Of a stretch of DNA of 64,000 nucleotides, positions 1-15,600 are shown piece by piece. Made by a program: the position numbers and the translations under genes. This stretch comes from Antedon mediterranea (Eukaryota > Animalia > Echinodermata), in NCBI RefSeq assembly GCF_964355755.1, contig NC_092672.1, forward strand, positions 7,750,001 through 7,814,000, read 5' to 3'. The notes under the pieces were generated by a model. The model made no database searches, was not told the origin of the DNA, and saw only the letters and a program-made list of their open reading frames with translations. Each line of letters starts with the position of its first letter. The first letter of the stretch is position 1.

Positions 1-992
1 TCCGATAAAAAGTAAACATTTTCAGCATATACTGTACTTAAATAAATCATATGTTAGTGACAGGTGACATTAACAGATTTATTATGAGATTACTAGTAAG
101 CCTACTAGTAGGTTTAGCTCTATTCATAAAAATAATGACATTATATACTGTACATTAATTAATTAGCCTAGCTAGGCCTAACTAATTTACTGATTTTTCA
201 GTATTTTACCAAGTCAACCAACCGTTCAGGCATGCAGACAGTCCTCACTTCACACTAATCTTCATAATTTTAAGAAAAATGAAAGTTCAGCACTTTATTT
301 TAAAATTTATAAGCCCATATTATAAGATTCTGCATCATCCACTTAACAAGAACTAAAATTGAGAGCCCAGTGATAGAGCGCATCTTCCGACGTTCTCGTC
401 GCCTAAGGAAACGAGTATTCCAGCCCTGCCGCGTCTTCCTAGGCCTACGCGCACCGCACTTTCGCTCAAAATACACTATCTTCAACTCCTTATAGAATTT
501 GTTTGAAAAATAACCCCAAGCTTATATTTGGAAATCTTTGAAAATGCATATAAGACTATATTATAGCGTTTTCAGAATTTCATTTAAAAATTGCAAATTA
601 ATGTTAGCTATTTTAACAGATTAGTTAGTTTTCACTTTTTTGTTTTCGCCGTATGACTCGCTTTGTTTACGTTTACATTTGGCTTAGACGTTTATCTTAG
701 AATTCGAATCAATTAATCCATAATCAACTAAAATTGCTATTGTTGTGGTTTTTGTTTAATATAAATGTTCTTAATAAACAGAAATAAATCAAACAACAAT
801 ATAATTTAATATAAATCCGTTAAAAGGGAAATTTAGACAGCCTATAAAACACGGAAGTCAGAACTCGCGTCGCTCGAAATGCTCGGGAACTTTCTATTTA
901 TAGCCAATCGAAAAAGGCTCCGGCTAACTTAAACAATGAAAACGGCTCTCGGAACACTTAATGTCCCATTTTCGCTGTTTGACGTGGATGTG

Positions 993-1143
993 CCACTAGG
1001 ACGTAACGCAAGGTCGTAAACGCAACGCAAGTAAGTTGACCAATGACAACCGACAGTTTGCATTATCCATCACTTGAGATTGGTCAAATCACTTAGGTGG
1101 CGTTACGTCCTTGTGTTGCGTCTCTAGTGGGAACCAAGCATTA
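993..1143. mobile_element. Palindromic non-autonomous DNA transposon (MITE), same family as 47056-47200
   Basis: CCACTAGGACGTAACGCAAGG...CCTTGTGTTGCGTCTCTAGTGGGAACCAAGC is self-complementary and near-identical to the copies at ~47 kb; left terminus eroded. Confidence 0.7.
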
Positions 1144-1299
1144 GATGGAACAATCCATGACTACCGTTTGTTTTTGTCCTTTGACGCCATTTCTTGAAAG
1201 GCAGCCATCGTCATAATGACATGTTATAAAATATAATCGATTGTGAATAAGTAGACCATATTATCTGTTTCTATCATAAATGTGTCTTTTTATTCTAAG

Positions 1300-2423
1300 G
1301 TAAAGAAAACGTGGCGTTTATCGTCACAAAAGTCCCCACAGCTGACGTCAGGGTTAGAACACAGATGATAAAGGACACACAGCCTACACTTATCTCTAAC
1401 ATTGGACTGTTGCTATTGGTGGATAGCGTTACGTCTGTTGAAGAGATAGGCAAGCACAGTGTTGATGAACTTCAAGACTTCTTAGCAAGACACGTTGATG
1501 TCGATAGAAGACCTGATGCGGATGTTGAAACATTGTTTCAATATTTGAATGGAATAGGCATAGGTATAGTCGCGCTGTTGCTGGTACTGCTGTTGGGCAT
1601 AAGAGGTTATTATAATATGAACAATAATAATGTCTCCCTTCTTCAAAATCAGGCAATAGAGTTGTATGAGAAGTCGAATAGTAAGCTTAACGCATCTATG
1701 GAATATTTAACGAGGAATATGAGTGATATTGGCAAACAGCTGAATTCATGTGATCAAACAGTCAACGAGCAAAATGAAAAAATAAATATGATTCAATCAC
1801 AGGTAACAGATGTATACGGAATAGTAAATGAAAGTATACGGGAACAAAAAGAAACTAACATCCGGTTGGAAAACAATATTATAAATAACTCGAAAACAAT
1901 GGAAAACAACTTACGCACTCAAGTAGCTAGTGATTCTAAGATTCTAAATTCAACTTTAAAAATGATCTTAACAACGGTGGAATCCGGCATTGGGAAGGTA
2001 AATGACGTCGTAAAAAAGCAATTTTCTCATTATAAAGAGATGATTCTAGGACAATTAAATACTACTGAAAGAAATATAAATGCACATGTAAATAAAACAC
2101 TGAAAGATCAATATCATCAACATGAAGAGGGTATTAAAGAACTAGTTAAAACTGCGGAAAGAAACGTTCTTACACATGTAGATGACGTCATAAGAGAGCA
2201 ATATCAACAACATGAAGCGATGATTAAAGAACTAATAACAACTATGGAAAGAAACCTAATGGCACATATAGATACAGTTGTAAAACAGCAAACTCCAAAC
2301 GTGTGTTTGTCTGACGATACTATAAAGTCTGATAATACGAATCCGGATAAAATTAATACGAAGAACAGGAATACGGCTATAGCGGAAAGGAAGAAAACGA
2401 ATTGGTTCGGTTGGTACTACTAA
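1300..2423 (+). CDS. Probable terminal coding exon of an uncharacterised single-pass membrane protein with a long coiled-coil/helical-repeat tail
   Basis: 370-codon ORF in very AT-rich DNA. Pyrimidine tract + AG at 1298-1299, with an in-frame TAA just before it, so the GTG start at 1311 is probably not real. Hydrophobic stretch GIGIGIVALLLVLLLGI, then heptad-like N/Q/K/E-rich region and three 30-aa repeats. Upstream exons not identified. Confidence 0.6.
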
Positions 2424-4985
2424 AGGGGGGGGGGGGCATTTGATTTGTGTCTACCGACGACCTGAACGAAGTAAGGTCATGTTAATGTGGCGCATTCGAA
2501 GAAGTTTGGACATGCTTACTCTTTTGATTCCTCAACACAGTTTTGGATTCTAGGTACAGGTGTAGGTCCATCAATGCGTAGGTCCTAGAGTAGGTCTACG
2601 CAAGCCGAAAGATCTCTAATGAAAAATATATTTAAAAAAAAAGAAGCAGCAGGAAAGAATTACTACTATATTTCGATTCTCTCTTTCAATTTAATTAATA
2701 TTTTGATTTTGGTTATTTCTGTTTTACTTAATTATTTTGTATAACATTTGAGATTTAGCAGCTTTTGCTCTTTTGTTTATTGTCTTAAGGTTGTCTGACG
2801 TTAGTTACTCTTCTACATGATATACAACAGTCAATCAAGTATTATTATCCATATTCCAAACATTACAGTAATTTATTTTTGTGTACTTAGTATATTATTC
2901 TAAGCCCATTTTAGTTGTTATTAGAAAGAATGAAAGATATTTTTATTATATTTCAAATATCTTTCAACTTTTAATTTAATTGTAAAATTAATATTGTATA
3001 AAATAGTTTTTACTAGGTAACTTGGAAAATGTACATTTAAGTTTCTACTAATAGAAAAAGGATAAAACTTAACGAAGGCATACGGTCTAAAGATAATATT
3101 CATATTAGCGGGGGTGGTATTATAATCAGCTAACAAATAGCAGCCATATAAAAAGCGTATCGTTTATAATTAAAGTATTATTAAAGAAAAGGTATAGATA
3201 TATATTTTACAATATTTAATTTGCTTAATATTTTATATTGAAATAAAAAACAAATATTTTGACTTTTGTACAAATACAATTACCGTTGCTTTCATAAAGA
3301 CTTTAACTATAGGTGCTAAAAAACGTCTTGGATTGAGTAGGCTCCGGTGAATTTCTATAACTCATTCCTCCATGATTGAGCCTAGTATAGAAACTGCTTT
3401 CTTCGTGGTAACTAAGAGTCAACAACATGGGCGCTAAATCTAAAACTACTACTACTGTTATAATTAAGGTATACTATAATATTTTTAATGGATAGTAGGC
3501 TAGTAGTACTCATACTTACTTGTTTCAATTCTTTAACCAAGATCATCAAAACATCTTTCGGCCGTTTGTTTGTTTGTTGTTTTTTTTTATTTAAAACTCG
3601 TGGATTTTTGTGACGTCATAGCCATCTGAGCTAGCTGAGCGGTTGAAAAAAAGATAAATTGGTCGCGTACGGTACTCAGTACAATACGAGAAATTGCGAC
3701 GATTATCAAAATACAATAAAATAACGGTAAAACAAAGGGACAAGAACGTTTTTTTATTTTAAATTTCTATACATTCATTCTGCTTATCACTTTACTTTTA
3801 ATAGACTGTGTGCATACATATTTTGTACAATTAAAAATAATATAACTAATTCTTTTACAAAAATAACTCACTTCAATTCCTAATATATTTACATATTATA
3901 ATAATATAGTACATCCACCACGAAAGACAAAAGATAACGTCATAATATTATTGCATAACTAAAGTGACGTCAGAATATATCAAGGTAAGGAGGTAGGTGG
4001 AAAAGGCACAATAGCATCCATTAATCTGTTTACCAATGTAGGCCTACTACGCATAACTAAGTTTGAACGCCAATCTCGTTAATGCCACAACATGGTACGC
4101 TCGCTAATAACATGAGGCCTATGTGTTGATTTTGGGTTATCATAAATCAAGGTTTAAAAATGTATATTCAACTGTGCTTAATCCCCTTTTAATGAAACAA
4201 ATAACAAAACATCGCGTTCACTTAACTTGTAAATATACTATCAGTTACCAATATGACTTTGGTCAAATATATGCTGCTATTATATTCTTATTTGATAACG
4301 TACAGCAATTAATAACATTTTAAATAGAATGAATATTCTATCAACTTAACATTAAAATACATAATTGAAACTGTCCAAGAGTAGTACTTTATTTTAATTG
4401 CGGTACTAATGTTAAGGCAAAGCTGCTGTACATTTAAAAAGGTCAAACTAGTAAATGTTGTAATTGCACTAAATCTTGCATAACTATATGGATATAATAT
4501 TTACTTAAACTAAAACAAGTATGAAAGGATAAAACACAATAAAACAATATGTTATACTAGCTGGTGAGGTGAGGCTATTACAGAAGCATGATGATAGAAG
4601 CACCTAAAAGGGCTTCCTCATAATCTGGATGCTAACATATTATTACGTAGACAATCGGCACTAAAACCAATTGTGCTTAATACCATTCATCTTTTTACAC
4701 GATAATATCGCTAAAGTTGTTATATCACAAAACACAATTAGAAATATTTAAAATAGTGGCAATATATTTTAAAACGTTGTGGTCGTGGCGTTGCCAAGAA
4801 TTCACATTATGTGTAAGTAAATAAAAGTTAAAATAGCAAACCAAAAATATAAAAAAACACAAACAAAGGATAAATGAACAAACATATTTACAAAAACATA
4901 AAACTGAAGAAACACTTTTAGTACTTTGAGTAAGGCGTAACATGATTATATTTGTTTGCAGTCATAAGCATCAAAGACTGCAGCA

Positions 4986-7900
4986 CTAACATCGAATACT
5001 GAATGAACCAGCTCCTACGATTACCAATCCAGGATAAACTGGTCCCCGTATGCAACCTTCACTGGTGAACACTACACGTTTTGTTTTACCATCATACAGA
5101 CTCACTAGACTATTGTCACAATCTACCAACACTCCAAGAGTGTTTGATACCGTTACTGCAGACGTATCCTTGGTGGTGCTAGTCTTTGGCGATGGCAACC
5201 GTACTTTCCCCATAAAGTGGTTGATCATCACTCCACAGTCACTACCCAATGGATCTTCGTGCACGTCTGCCTCCTCACAGCTGTCATGCCCACTATCTGT
5301 ACTTACTTGGTCACCCGGATGCAACACCAGACGAGATTTCTTTTCACTTACCACACCGACTTGAGAAACATAAGCTGATTGGTTAATTACGATTTCCCAG
5401 TAATGTCTTCCAGAAGTGATCTTCTGATCGCCAATAATGTAGACGGGATTGAGTGATACAGCAGTTTTTGGGATAAGACCAACATTGTCCAGAATGCTGC
5501 TGTTGGGAAAGACAGTTGCATTCATTCCATTCCCACTTATTTCAACAGTGTCTTTCCCAGAGTTAATCTTTGTTGCATCAAATCGGAAGTTAAACACTGA
5601 AAAAATAAAATACAAAATGTATAATGTTGACTAGAAAATATATAGAGAGACTATTACGCAATGCAATAAAAGAGTTTTAGTTCAAGTACGAAATGGATAA
5701 TGTAAACAGGTTTAGGTAAAATTACAAAAAATATTTGAACTTGTATACAAGCTCATATCAATCTTCTAAATGATTATTAGTACACAATAAAACATAACCT
5801 TACAAACAAAGTAATACTAAGCCTTCTTAAACAATCCAAATACTTTAACAATAACAAACATGCTAACCTGATCCTGGAGCAGTTCGTAGCGATATTGCAT
5901 CACAAAATGTTCCACATCCTGCAGCATTCACAGCTTGAACTCTGAACTCGTATTCCTGACCATACTCTAGACTGCAGATAGTATGTTGACTTGTTGTAAT
6001 ACCCTGTATTCCAGTCCACGATGTGGAATTGTTTCGTTCGCTTTGATCCGCAGTATCAACTTTCGTCTGCTTTGTTTTTTGCCCTTTCTTGGTGGGTGAA
6101 TGTTGAATACACATACGATACTCTAAGTTATAAGAATCAACTTTCCCGCCATCTGAAGGTTCCTTCCAGCAAAGCTTTACGTCTTTATAAGCATACGATT
6201 CGTCGGGAAGCATTGTTGGAATTCCAGGAACTAAATATAAAACATAATATTATAAAAACTTTAACTTTTTATATTTGCGTTAATATCAAAATAATTAATT
6301 TTATGAACTTTCGGGAGCTTTCGTAGTTTATCTATCAATAATTTTCGTAGGTCCAGCACTGGCACAGAATATTTATTTAAAAAAACAGAACCATATGACG
6401 TAGTAGTAGAGCGCCGCCATGGCTGACGCCAGATGTTGGTGTATAATGTACCTAAACTAATTCCATATCTGCATTTTTGCAACTAACAGGCTATCTTAGT
6501 ATATTTATTCTTGTTTCTTCAGTTTATGAATGCTACATTACAGTAGGAAACAGTATAAGATAAGATATCCTAGACTACATGATTTGATCTCTCTCATGAA
6601 TATTCATATTTGTATACGGTATGATATTATAATATACTTCAATAACATTTAACAAACATGACCTTGCGCATTTCTTGTTAATCTTACTAAAATGAAGTTC
6701 TTACTTTTTAAGAAGTTCAGGTCTCCGACAGCCTCTAACGCTTTGTCTGATGTTATCGACATGTTTTTAAAATCGTCTGATACATCGATGTTCTTAAGCT
6801 TCATTGTGTCTGCCATTTTATGCATTCTGGTGATATAAATGTATGGTTATATAAATATAGTAACCAATCAAACAGAAGCAAATTAACAATCAATAGAAAT
6901 CAATGATTTCAGCATGCAACAAAATAGTAAGTTGATAAATTGATCAGCTGTTCGTTCGTAATAAAAGAACTTCCACAATGCAATCAATCAAAATGTGTCT
7001 TCGATAAAGTACTGAACTTTGGAACAAAAATTAATAATTGTATGAATACTAAATATTAACTAACCGGCTAATCACAGGTCGTGCTGCTTGCACGAAGCAC
7101 GCATGCTCAGTTTCTTTTAAAATCTCCTGCGCATACTCGATGACATTGCAATCTTGAAGCATTTTTTCATACGCTTCCAACATGTTTTGTACAACGTCAA
7201 TCCTGGTAGAAACTTCAGTTTCTGCACGTTCAAGAAGACTTTCTTGTCTCATCGCCAGTAACTCTGACACGCTATCCAATGCGGATTTTACATGCTCCTT
7301 AAACATGACCCCAGATGTCTAATAAAATATAAAGTAAAAGAAATATTGCAGTCATACAATACTGGTGCAATTCAGCTTGAAACCTTAAGAAATTGGGATC
7401 TCGGAGAGTTTCTTTAGTGATGACAATATGTTTGTATATTTCAAGTTTTGCATCATTGTCCTAATGAAAAACCATCATACTCATGGTATCATATCTTATA
7501 ATGATATTGATTATAAACAATGTAAAGTGTTAAATAATATCTCCACGTAACTTACTTCTAGTCTAAGCCTCATCGCCTTAATTCGATCAAGTTCTGCTTG
7601 AATCAAATCTCGTCTACCCTGTACTTTATTTATGTTTTTCTCTAATTTATCCTACAAGGTATAACATAATCAAATGTGTAACATATAATAACATATTTTA
7701 AGCAACGTAGATATATACAGTTTTGTCTTTTTCAAGAAGCAGAAGACATAATTAATAGTAATATTATGGTATATATAAATGGTATATATAAATAGTATAC
7801 ATATAGGCCTATCAATTGTATACCTTAAAATGTAATTTAATTCAGTTTTATTTCCATTATTTTAATTAAACCTTTTTTATACAAATTGAAAATATTTTGG

Positions 7901-9689
7901 ACAAGTTTAAGGATTCTTGCAATAGTAAATGGGAATCCTGGTTTAGCTTATCGTTTGGGATGCAAAGGGATTACCGCACCAAAAATCAAAGGAACATAAC
8001 CAAACTTCTAAGAAGTTAATTCATCTTACTTCAAACTCAAATTGAATTATCAAATATTGTTATTATTATTCCATTTCTCTTGTAACTGTAGATGGGATTT
8101 AATGGATTTGATTCTGGTCTTTGTCTTATAATGAAATCGGTGATATTATAGGCTATGATGATATAATAACTATCGTACTTGTCTAATAATAATATTATAT
8201 ATCACTCCAAAATTAGTGTCCGGTATCACGAACCTTCATAACATTGTATTTTCGCTCCATGCCGGATACTTTATGGTTTGCGTGAACACCGGAAAATTTA
8301 CACATGTGACAAATTGGTTTTTGACATCCTTCGCAGTACATAGTTACTCGTTCGTCTGGATGCTCTGGACATGTTATTGTCTGAGAATCGGAAAAGAAAG
8401 TCTCATATTAAACACATTGAAGTTTTCAAAATCCATAATATAATATACTAATACTTATAAAATAAGTTTCAGCAAGATGATATGTGTAGCAAGATTTTAA
8501 ATGGTCAGATTTAGGTTTAATGCTGCTAATCTGATGATGAATTTGTCCCTAATGAAATGATGAAACTTTCGAATGTTGGATTGGTGTGGGGTGTTGTTTT
8601 TGTGTCTGGTATGGTGTAGTCCGGTATATAAATGTTTTAAAGATAAATTCAGAGAGGATGGTGGCATGACGTGGCATTGTCTTAGTTTGTCAGTACTAAT
8701 ATGTGGTCAACTAACCTTAGGTCTGTAATTCCTTGTTGGACCAACATGCATGTGCTGAGCTCGTGGAGTGCCCCATGGATGAACGTTCTTGTAGCACACG
8801 TTACAGTAGCTTGCACGACAGTCCAGGCAACTTTTTGTGGCATCTTCAGGCGGACGAGTTCTGCAGGAACCACATGGTATACTGGCAGCTTTCTTGGCTG
8901 CCAATTTGTACCTGATAAAACGATGGAAACAAAAAACGTTATTACCATATATTGTCTGTAATATTTGTATTGCTTACAGATGAAGACAGCATCTTTTGGA
9001 TGACTCGTGTAAAAGAAAACATTGTTGCAATGGGGTTTTTTGGGTAAGTTTCAACTTCAGCTTTAGGAATGTTTGTTTTATTACTTTCAATTATATATAC
9101 ATTTTGATTGTATTACTAACCTCTCAACAATAGCCTCAAGTGTAAAATTTCGGAAGAGTCCATTTATACCTTTGTCTCCTAAATCAACATCGGACTTGCA
9201 GGATGGACACGGGAAGTTCTTTACCCTCGGAGTTGAACTCCTACTAGATGCTGAAAGAGGCGGTCTGGGGGATCTTCCACCAAATGACTCACGCCTGCGC
9301 AAGCCTTTGGTGACAGCCCCTCCTACCTCGCTCTCACTGGTGGCAATCGAACTCTGACGTCTGAACGAACCCGAACGTCTACGTAGGCTTCCAGTTCTGG
9401 AGATAGACTTTCTTTGCATCGACGGTGACGTCTGTCCGTTTGAAGATCTAGGGCTAACATTACTTGAAATTGATGTCTTAGGAGGAGAGTTAGGCGATAA
9501 TGGTGGTGAACCTCCAGAAACAGAGTAAACACTTTCTACCGAACCAGCATTGGACAATCTACCAAGACTGGAAAGGCATTCTCTTGCGCATTTGTGGCAG
9601 ATATTGTGATGGCATGGTAGAACAATTGGCGTTGTAAAATAGTCATCACATATGGGGCAAATAAGCTCCTTCTCAAGATTCTCCATCAT
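4986..9689 (-). CDS. TRIM36: E3 ubiquitin ligase TRIM36-like (class C-I TRIM: RING, B-box1, B-box2, coiled coil, COS, FN3, SPRY), about 785 aa
   Basis: Exons (minus): 9689-9121, 8911-8716, 8380-8234, 7651-7556, 7318-7065, 6826-6705, 6230-5868, 5596-4986; all GT/AG and phase-consistent. Motifs [85 protein letters not shown] and SGRHYWEI match the TRIM36/TRIM46 subfamily. In-frame TAG TAA directly precede the ATG. Confidence 0.92.
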
Positions 9690-12600
9690 TTACTATAATC
9701 TGAAAGACAAAGGCAAGTCGACCTATATTAGTTTGAAAACGAAAGGTCAAAACATTCTGAAGCATAACATTTCCATATGTCAAAGACAATATAGTGACAT
9801 TTCATTATCAGTGTGTGGCTATAATTATCATTCTGTGTACTGGATAATATTATTACCGTCATCGTGAAATTCATGATACAAGCAGTGTTAGCCTAAACTG
9901 TTAAAATTTTCACCTTAGGATGTTAAAGTCTTAAATGTGAAAATATGACTTTTATAATTTTGATTTTGAATAGAATATTCAATAGAAAATCATAAAGGTT
10001 TAGTGATATTCTGAATGTCATCATTGGTATTCTATAATATAATAGCACTAAAATTATTATAATTATGTAAATTATAGTTAATTCTACTGAATTATTCATA
10101 AAGCTATAATTATGTTAATTTATTCAATCGATTATCAATAAAAAGAAAATGCGTACATTCCATCTTCATTATCATTGCTAAAATGTAAATTAATAAGTAT
10201 TCATTCGTTCATTCATAAATCTACTGAATACAGATACGTTCCGAACAAATGGAACCTGTTTGAATGGAGAAAATCCATACATTATTTAAATACATTTATT
10301 TCTCAGTAGAGTACATCAACCTGAACATACGTCCATCAGCAAGTGAATTCATGCAAATTGAATGTTGCTTTCGACTTGAGAAGTATTGAAATACTTTCAA
10401 TCATACAACATATAGTTAAACCGGCGATTAACATTTGCTGTCATACATAAACATCAATGAGACTATGTTGACTAACAATTAAATCGTTGCATTTGGTGAA
10501 CTCACATTTCTTGTGCAGTATTCTGCCGAATCTCAGTACTGACAGTTGACCTATATATTTGTCCTGTAGGCCTATATATTTGTCCTGTAGGCCTAAGAGC
10601 TAGGCCTAACAGTAATGTGATAGTGATGGAAAAAAATACTGTCCCTGTCTACTGTCATCGCTAGCTGTTAGCGAATTTAAATTTACTATTGATTATTCTG
10701 TACGATCAAGTATAAAATAACAAAACAGGTTTGAACAGAAATACACGACTTGTTTGCTTGCATTTTGAAAATGAAATGTGCTGTATGAGTCTTTGTTCAC
10801 AACATGATTAATTTACACTGATTAATTAAGTACAGCTATTCATGATACAATGTTAGTATTATATCAATATTTTCAGATACAAATCTCATTTAAAAGGACT
10901 ACTATGAGTTGGCCTACACATCATTAAAAACATTATAGGCCTATCACTCTCCACGCTTTGAACACAAGAGCCGTTAATATTTTGTTTGCGTATGGTTGTT
11001 TTTAACTCAACTCATGTTTGGCACGGGAACATTTAAAGCTTAATAATGTCAACAGTGATATATGAAGCTTAAGCGACTGCAATTGGCAGGTCCGACCTAT
11101 CGTAAAACAAATATACGTAATGACAGTATCACTTTACAACAACGCGTTTCTGATGACGCGTTTAGGTTACTAACTAACGCGTACAATTTAAAGGCGTTTC
11201 TTCAAACGCACATACTGTAATATTATTGACACTGCGAACGAACCATGATGTTGCAACATAGGCCTAGCTATGTAGAGTTTATTAGAATCTACCTTCAGTT
11301 TTCTTCTAATATATTCGATTCTCACTATATTTTTAATATCTGTTAAACATTATGGTATGAAGAGTAACATTTAAGATGTCGTCAGCAGAAATATATCTTT
11401 CGGTTTCTTTAGATTTAAAAAAAATTACATTTAGATGTAAATTAACTCCAAATAGGAAATCTAGTTTGACGTTATATAGTCCATCCGTTTACGTTAATCT
11501 AAGCATTGATGATTTAAACTGAGCTGAGAAGTTTACTAGGCACCGCTAGTACGAATCGCTGCATTTAAAGGTTCACACACAATTTGCTGATTTTAAATCG
11601 AAAATTTACTGAACACTATAGAGAAAATCTATCCATTTAAAACTATATATACTTTGAAATTGATTACCATGCATCTCATATGTTAAAAACCTTCTAGCTT
11701 GCATTAGTAGTAATTACAATTCTCAGAATTATTCCTGCTCTCGTGAATAATTGTAAGGTTACTTTAAAACGAGATTACGTAATAGACTCAAGATAATTAC
11801 AATTTCTATATAAAGGATCCCAATGGAAATAAGATAATAAGCTTTTCGGGCTATCCTGAAAAATCTTTTATAAATGTATTTATTTCTCAGTAATTTATTT
11901 TATCACTTATGTATTACGTATGTATTTTTTATGATGATTTTCCTAATAAATGCAAATCAAATCATCTATGCCTAATTGCTCAAGCAAAACTGACATTGTA
12001 TTTAAAATATATAAGGGCATACATAAAGAGAATCGTAATTAAAATCGATGTGTAATAAGATATGTTGAATGCATTTTAATAACAAAACTGCTCTTGCTGT
12101 GTTGCGTCATTCGAGGCGTTGTCGTTTTCAAATGTCAATTTGAACAATATGGATATAATAGACGTACTATACTAATTAAATACAGTAATATCTCAATAAC
12201 AGTGCTATTGTTTCATGTATCATGGTTATAATATTTACTATTATATAGATACAGAAACTTACGGCTATAATTAAGCATCAATAATGTTAAATTATGTTTT
12301 AATTCTGTGATATTAATCTCTATACACCGTTATTTTGTTTACTATAACACGTTAAAAGCAAAACATTTTCGAGTTACATTACATAATACAATTTAAAGGG
12401 TCCAACTACACGCCACACGCCACATAACTACGCTATACATAAAACGCGCCATCCTTAGACGCATAATACTGTACACGTTAATAGGAAATCGAGTACTCTT
12501 TCAGCATAAAATAATCAACCTCATTCCAATATTTATCAGATGATAAACGTGAACTTGATTAAAACTGAAGCTAACTACTCTATCTACATACCTTCTAGAG

Positions 12601-15600
12601 TACTACATTTCTGAAGCGCCTAACGCGTGTGGTAGTGTATAATAGCGTTGCGTGTGGTGACGTGTGTTTTCAACCGATATTATGCCTGTCAAGAATATAC
12701 TAAAAGTATGCTAAAACTGTTTTAATATAATGTTTTAAAACATAGTAACAATGATTCTAATATTTGGCTTGCTGTCTTATCGCAGAAATTATATTTTAAT
12801 ATCTTAATATACAATATAATATATTAATATATATACTTTATGGATGATCCAATACGATTTTCTAAAGTATTACGTGCAAAGGCATGCTGGAAACAGTATG
12901 GTCAATAATGAATCGATTATGTTGTCGACACTGTGACGAGAATTGACTTAATAAACGATTCAAGTTGTAAACAATATCCTCTTAAACGACGAACTAACCA
13001 AGCAATATGCATCAAAATGGCGATTCACACTTATCCGTTAACTTGCTGTCAATTTCACACATGATCGCAGATTTTCATCTCCTACTTTCTATTTGTCTTG
13101 TTAAGTCAAGTGTGGCAATCGGAATTATTATATTATTGTCAAAATAATTTGACTTGGTGTTACGGTCTACCTTCCTGCTGCCACGAACGTACATAGAAAT
13201 CGAACTAACAATAATACCGTCAAAACGTTTAAACGCACACTAAAATAAATAGGTGTAATGATGATAATATTACTAATATGCTTGGGTCTATTACTTCAGT
13301 ACTTCCTCAATACATCTACTTCATAAACAAAATAACCATTTACTGAGACTATTACTGTAATACGCGCTCAAGGTGGCCGTTAGGATAATAATCATTGAAT
13401 ATATTATAATATATATACGGAATGATTATACACAAACCCACGTAATTCCACTCGTCACTGCTTATACAATATCACAGTGGTAGAAATTTCTACCTCACAT
13501 GCTTATAATATACTTAGGATACAATATTGTGTTTAATAGAGCTGAAATAATGAATGCAACTTTCAGTTCCAGATTTAACTGGGATCTCATGGAGATACAA
13601 TTTACTTGCCCTTAAAAGGGCTTACATATAATTTTGTTTCGTTTTAAATTTTCAGAGATTTCCAATACCAGCTGAGCATAATAATGATAAAATGGGCAAC
13701 ATGACGAATAAAATGCCTTTCAATTACCACAGTCTCCTTTTTATATGTCTTTTTTTTCTTTCACAAATGCATACGTATTGCAATACATTTACGTGACTTG
13801 GGTGTCCAGAATTATAAAACGATTATTATATACAAGTTCGAATGGCCTTCCAATATTGTTGTTGACATCAGCACTCGATCGTCTTTTTCAGGGGTATCAG
13901 TCAAATTCAAGAATACATACCCTTGTAAAATGTAATGAAGCTGATAAGATCAGTGAATTGATGCGTATCATTGGATTATTGCTTTAACTAAAATAGAAAT
14001 ACAGACAATATAATATACATCAATGAACGTAAATAATGGAAACAAGGCTTCTAAAGGCAGGGAACCGAGATGATTGCTGTGGACATTTTAAATCTTTTAG
14101 ACGCGCGCCGCACATATTTCACTCATGCAATGGTGGTATGAAGGGCAAGATGTCGCCGTTTCTTAATTTTCACGTTCTGAAAATTAACCGCACTACATTA
14201 GCTGGTGTTTTTATTTACCACATAAGCTATTGGTTTCTACATAGGCTGGAGGTTTACTACATTAACGGTGGCGGTTTTACTACACAGTTGTTTCGATATT
14301 AGCTGGAGTTTTCTACATTGTCAGTTGTAACACGCACCATAGGCCTACTATTTGTAGTTTATAACTTAAAAACGTCTTTTTGACGAAATTTGAATGATAA
14401 ATATAATATCCTACGACCTACACTGTTACTTTACCATTTAATTTATTTTGAGTGGTTAAATAATCTCCCATTTTTACAAAATGTATCAGGCCTTCACCAG
14501 CTTAATATTATACGTTCACATGATTTGCCCAACCGTTTGTGAACCTTGCGTATTTCCACCAATACAATGTCGATTGTTTCTCTACAATATTGCATAATGT
14601 GAAACTGAAAAGTATAAAGCATAGGCCTAGTCAAAAACACTAATCATAACATTTTCAATATATTACTGAATTATTATCCAAGGCTATGATCCTAATATTA
14701 GCTACAAAATACCATGGTAACCAGTCGATGATTTAATTTGATTAAATTTAATTAAGAAAAAATGAATCTACTAGCAACAAACTATCAGTATTCTAATGTC
14801 GATAAGAAAACAAGGAAATCCGGCAGTTCGCAACGATTAGTTCATTTTATATGTTACGTCATATAGTCTTGACAAAAACACAAGTAAAACGAAATTGCAT
14901 TTCAACTTTCTTTTACAATCTCGAACACGCCATTTGATATATCTGAGCTGGGTGTGTAAATTTAGACAAAATAAGAATTTGATATTAAATTAGACTAATG
15001 GTGTTTCCTGACAAATCGAAAATAGGCCTAGAATAATGTTTTTCAACAAAGTAGGGACACTTTCATAAGTGAAATGACACATTTCTCAATAAGAAAATCG
15101 TGAGAACAATACAATTTTTAACTTGGTTTTCTCCAAAGTAGGGACACATTACGCGTGTGAAAGATAATGTCAAAGAAAATCGTCATTTAGGCCTATTTTG
15201 TTATTTTTGTTTATTGTTCCAAAATATAAGGAACACACTATACGTGAATACATATCTGAACTTGGTTAGGTGAATGTTGAGGAAAACATTGTCAACTATG
15301 TTATTTGGACACATTACGCGTGAAAAGATGACACATGACAAAATAAATCCAGCAAAAACAAATTATATTGTAGCCTGGGTATTATTAAACTATATATTCG
15401 TTTCTGTTCTGATTAAAAATTAATATAAATACTCCTACAATATATTAATATTCATTTATCTGTCTGCATCAATCCTCAAAAGACGATTTGAGTTGCCCGA
15501 AACATGCTAAATTATTACGTTGACAGATTACACCTATAAACTAGTTTTTAGTCTATATTAATACATAAAATATATTTTACCTTCGTTTATGAACCCTCCT

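Noticed and set aside
300-960. 61-aa Arg-rich ORF (300-485, minus) and promoter-like motifs (CGGAAGT, CCAAT) at ~850-910
   Set aside because: Non-ATG start, no recognisable homology or splice support; may be UTR or promoter of a gene outside the window but cannot be assigned.
8531-8570. Hammerhead ribozyme core (CTGATGA...GAAAC) in a TRIM36 intron
   Set aside because: No convincing stem II or flanking helices could be formed.
9220-9570. Long Ser/Arg-rich insertion splitting the TRIM RING finger
   Set aside because: A split RING is a known feature of TRIM36/TRIM46 and related class C-I TRIMs; not novel.
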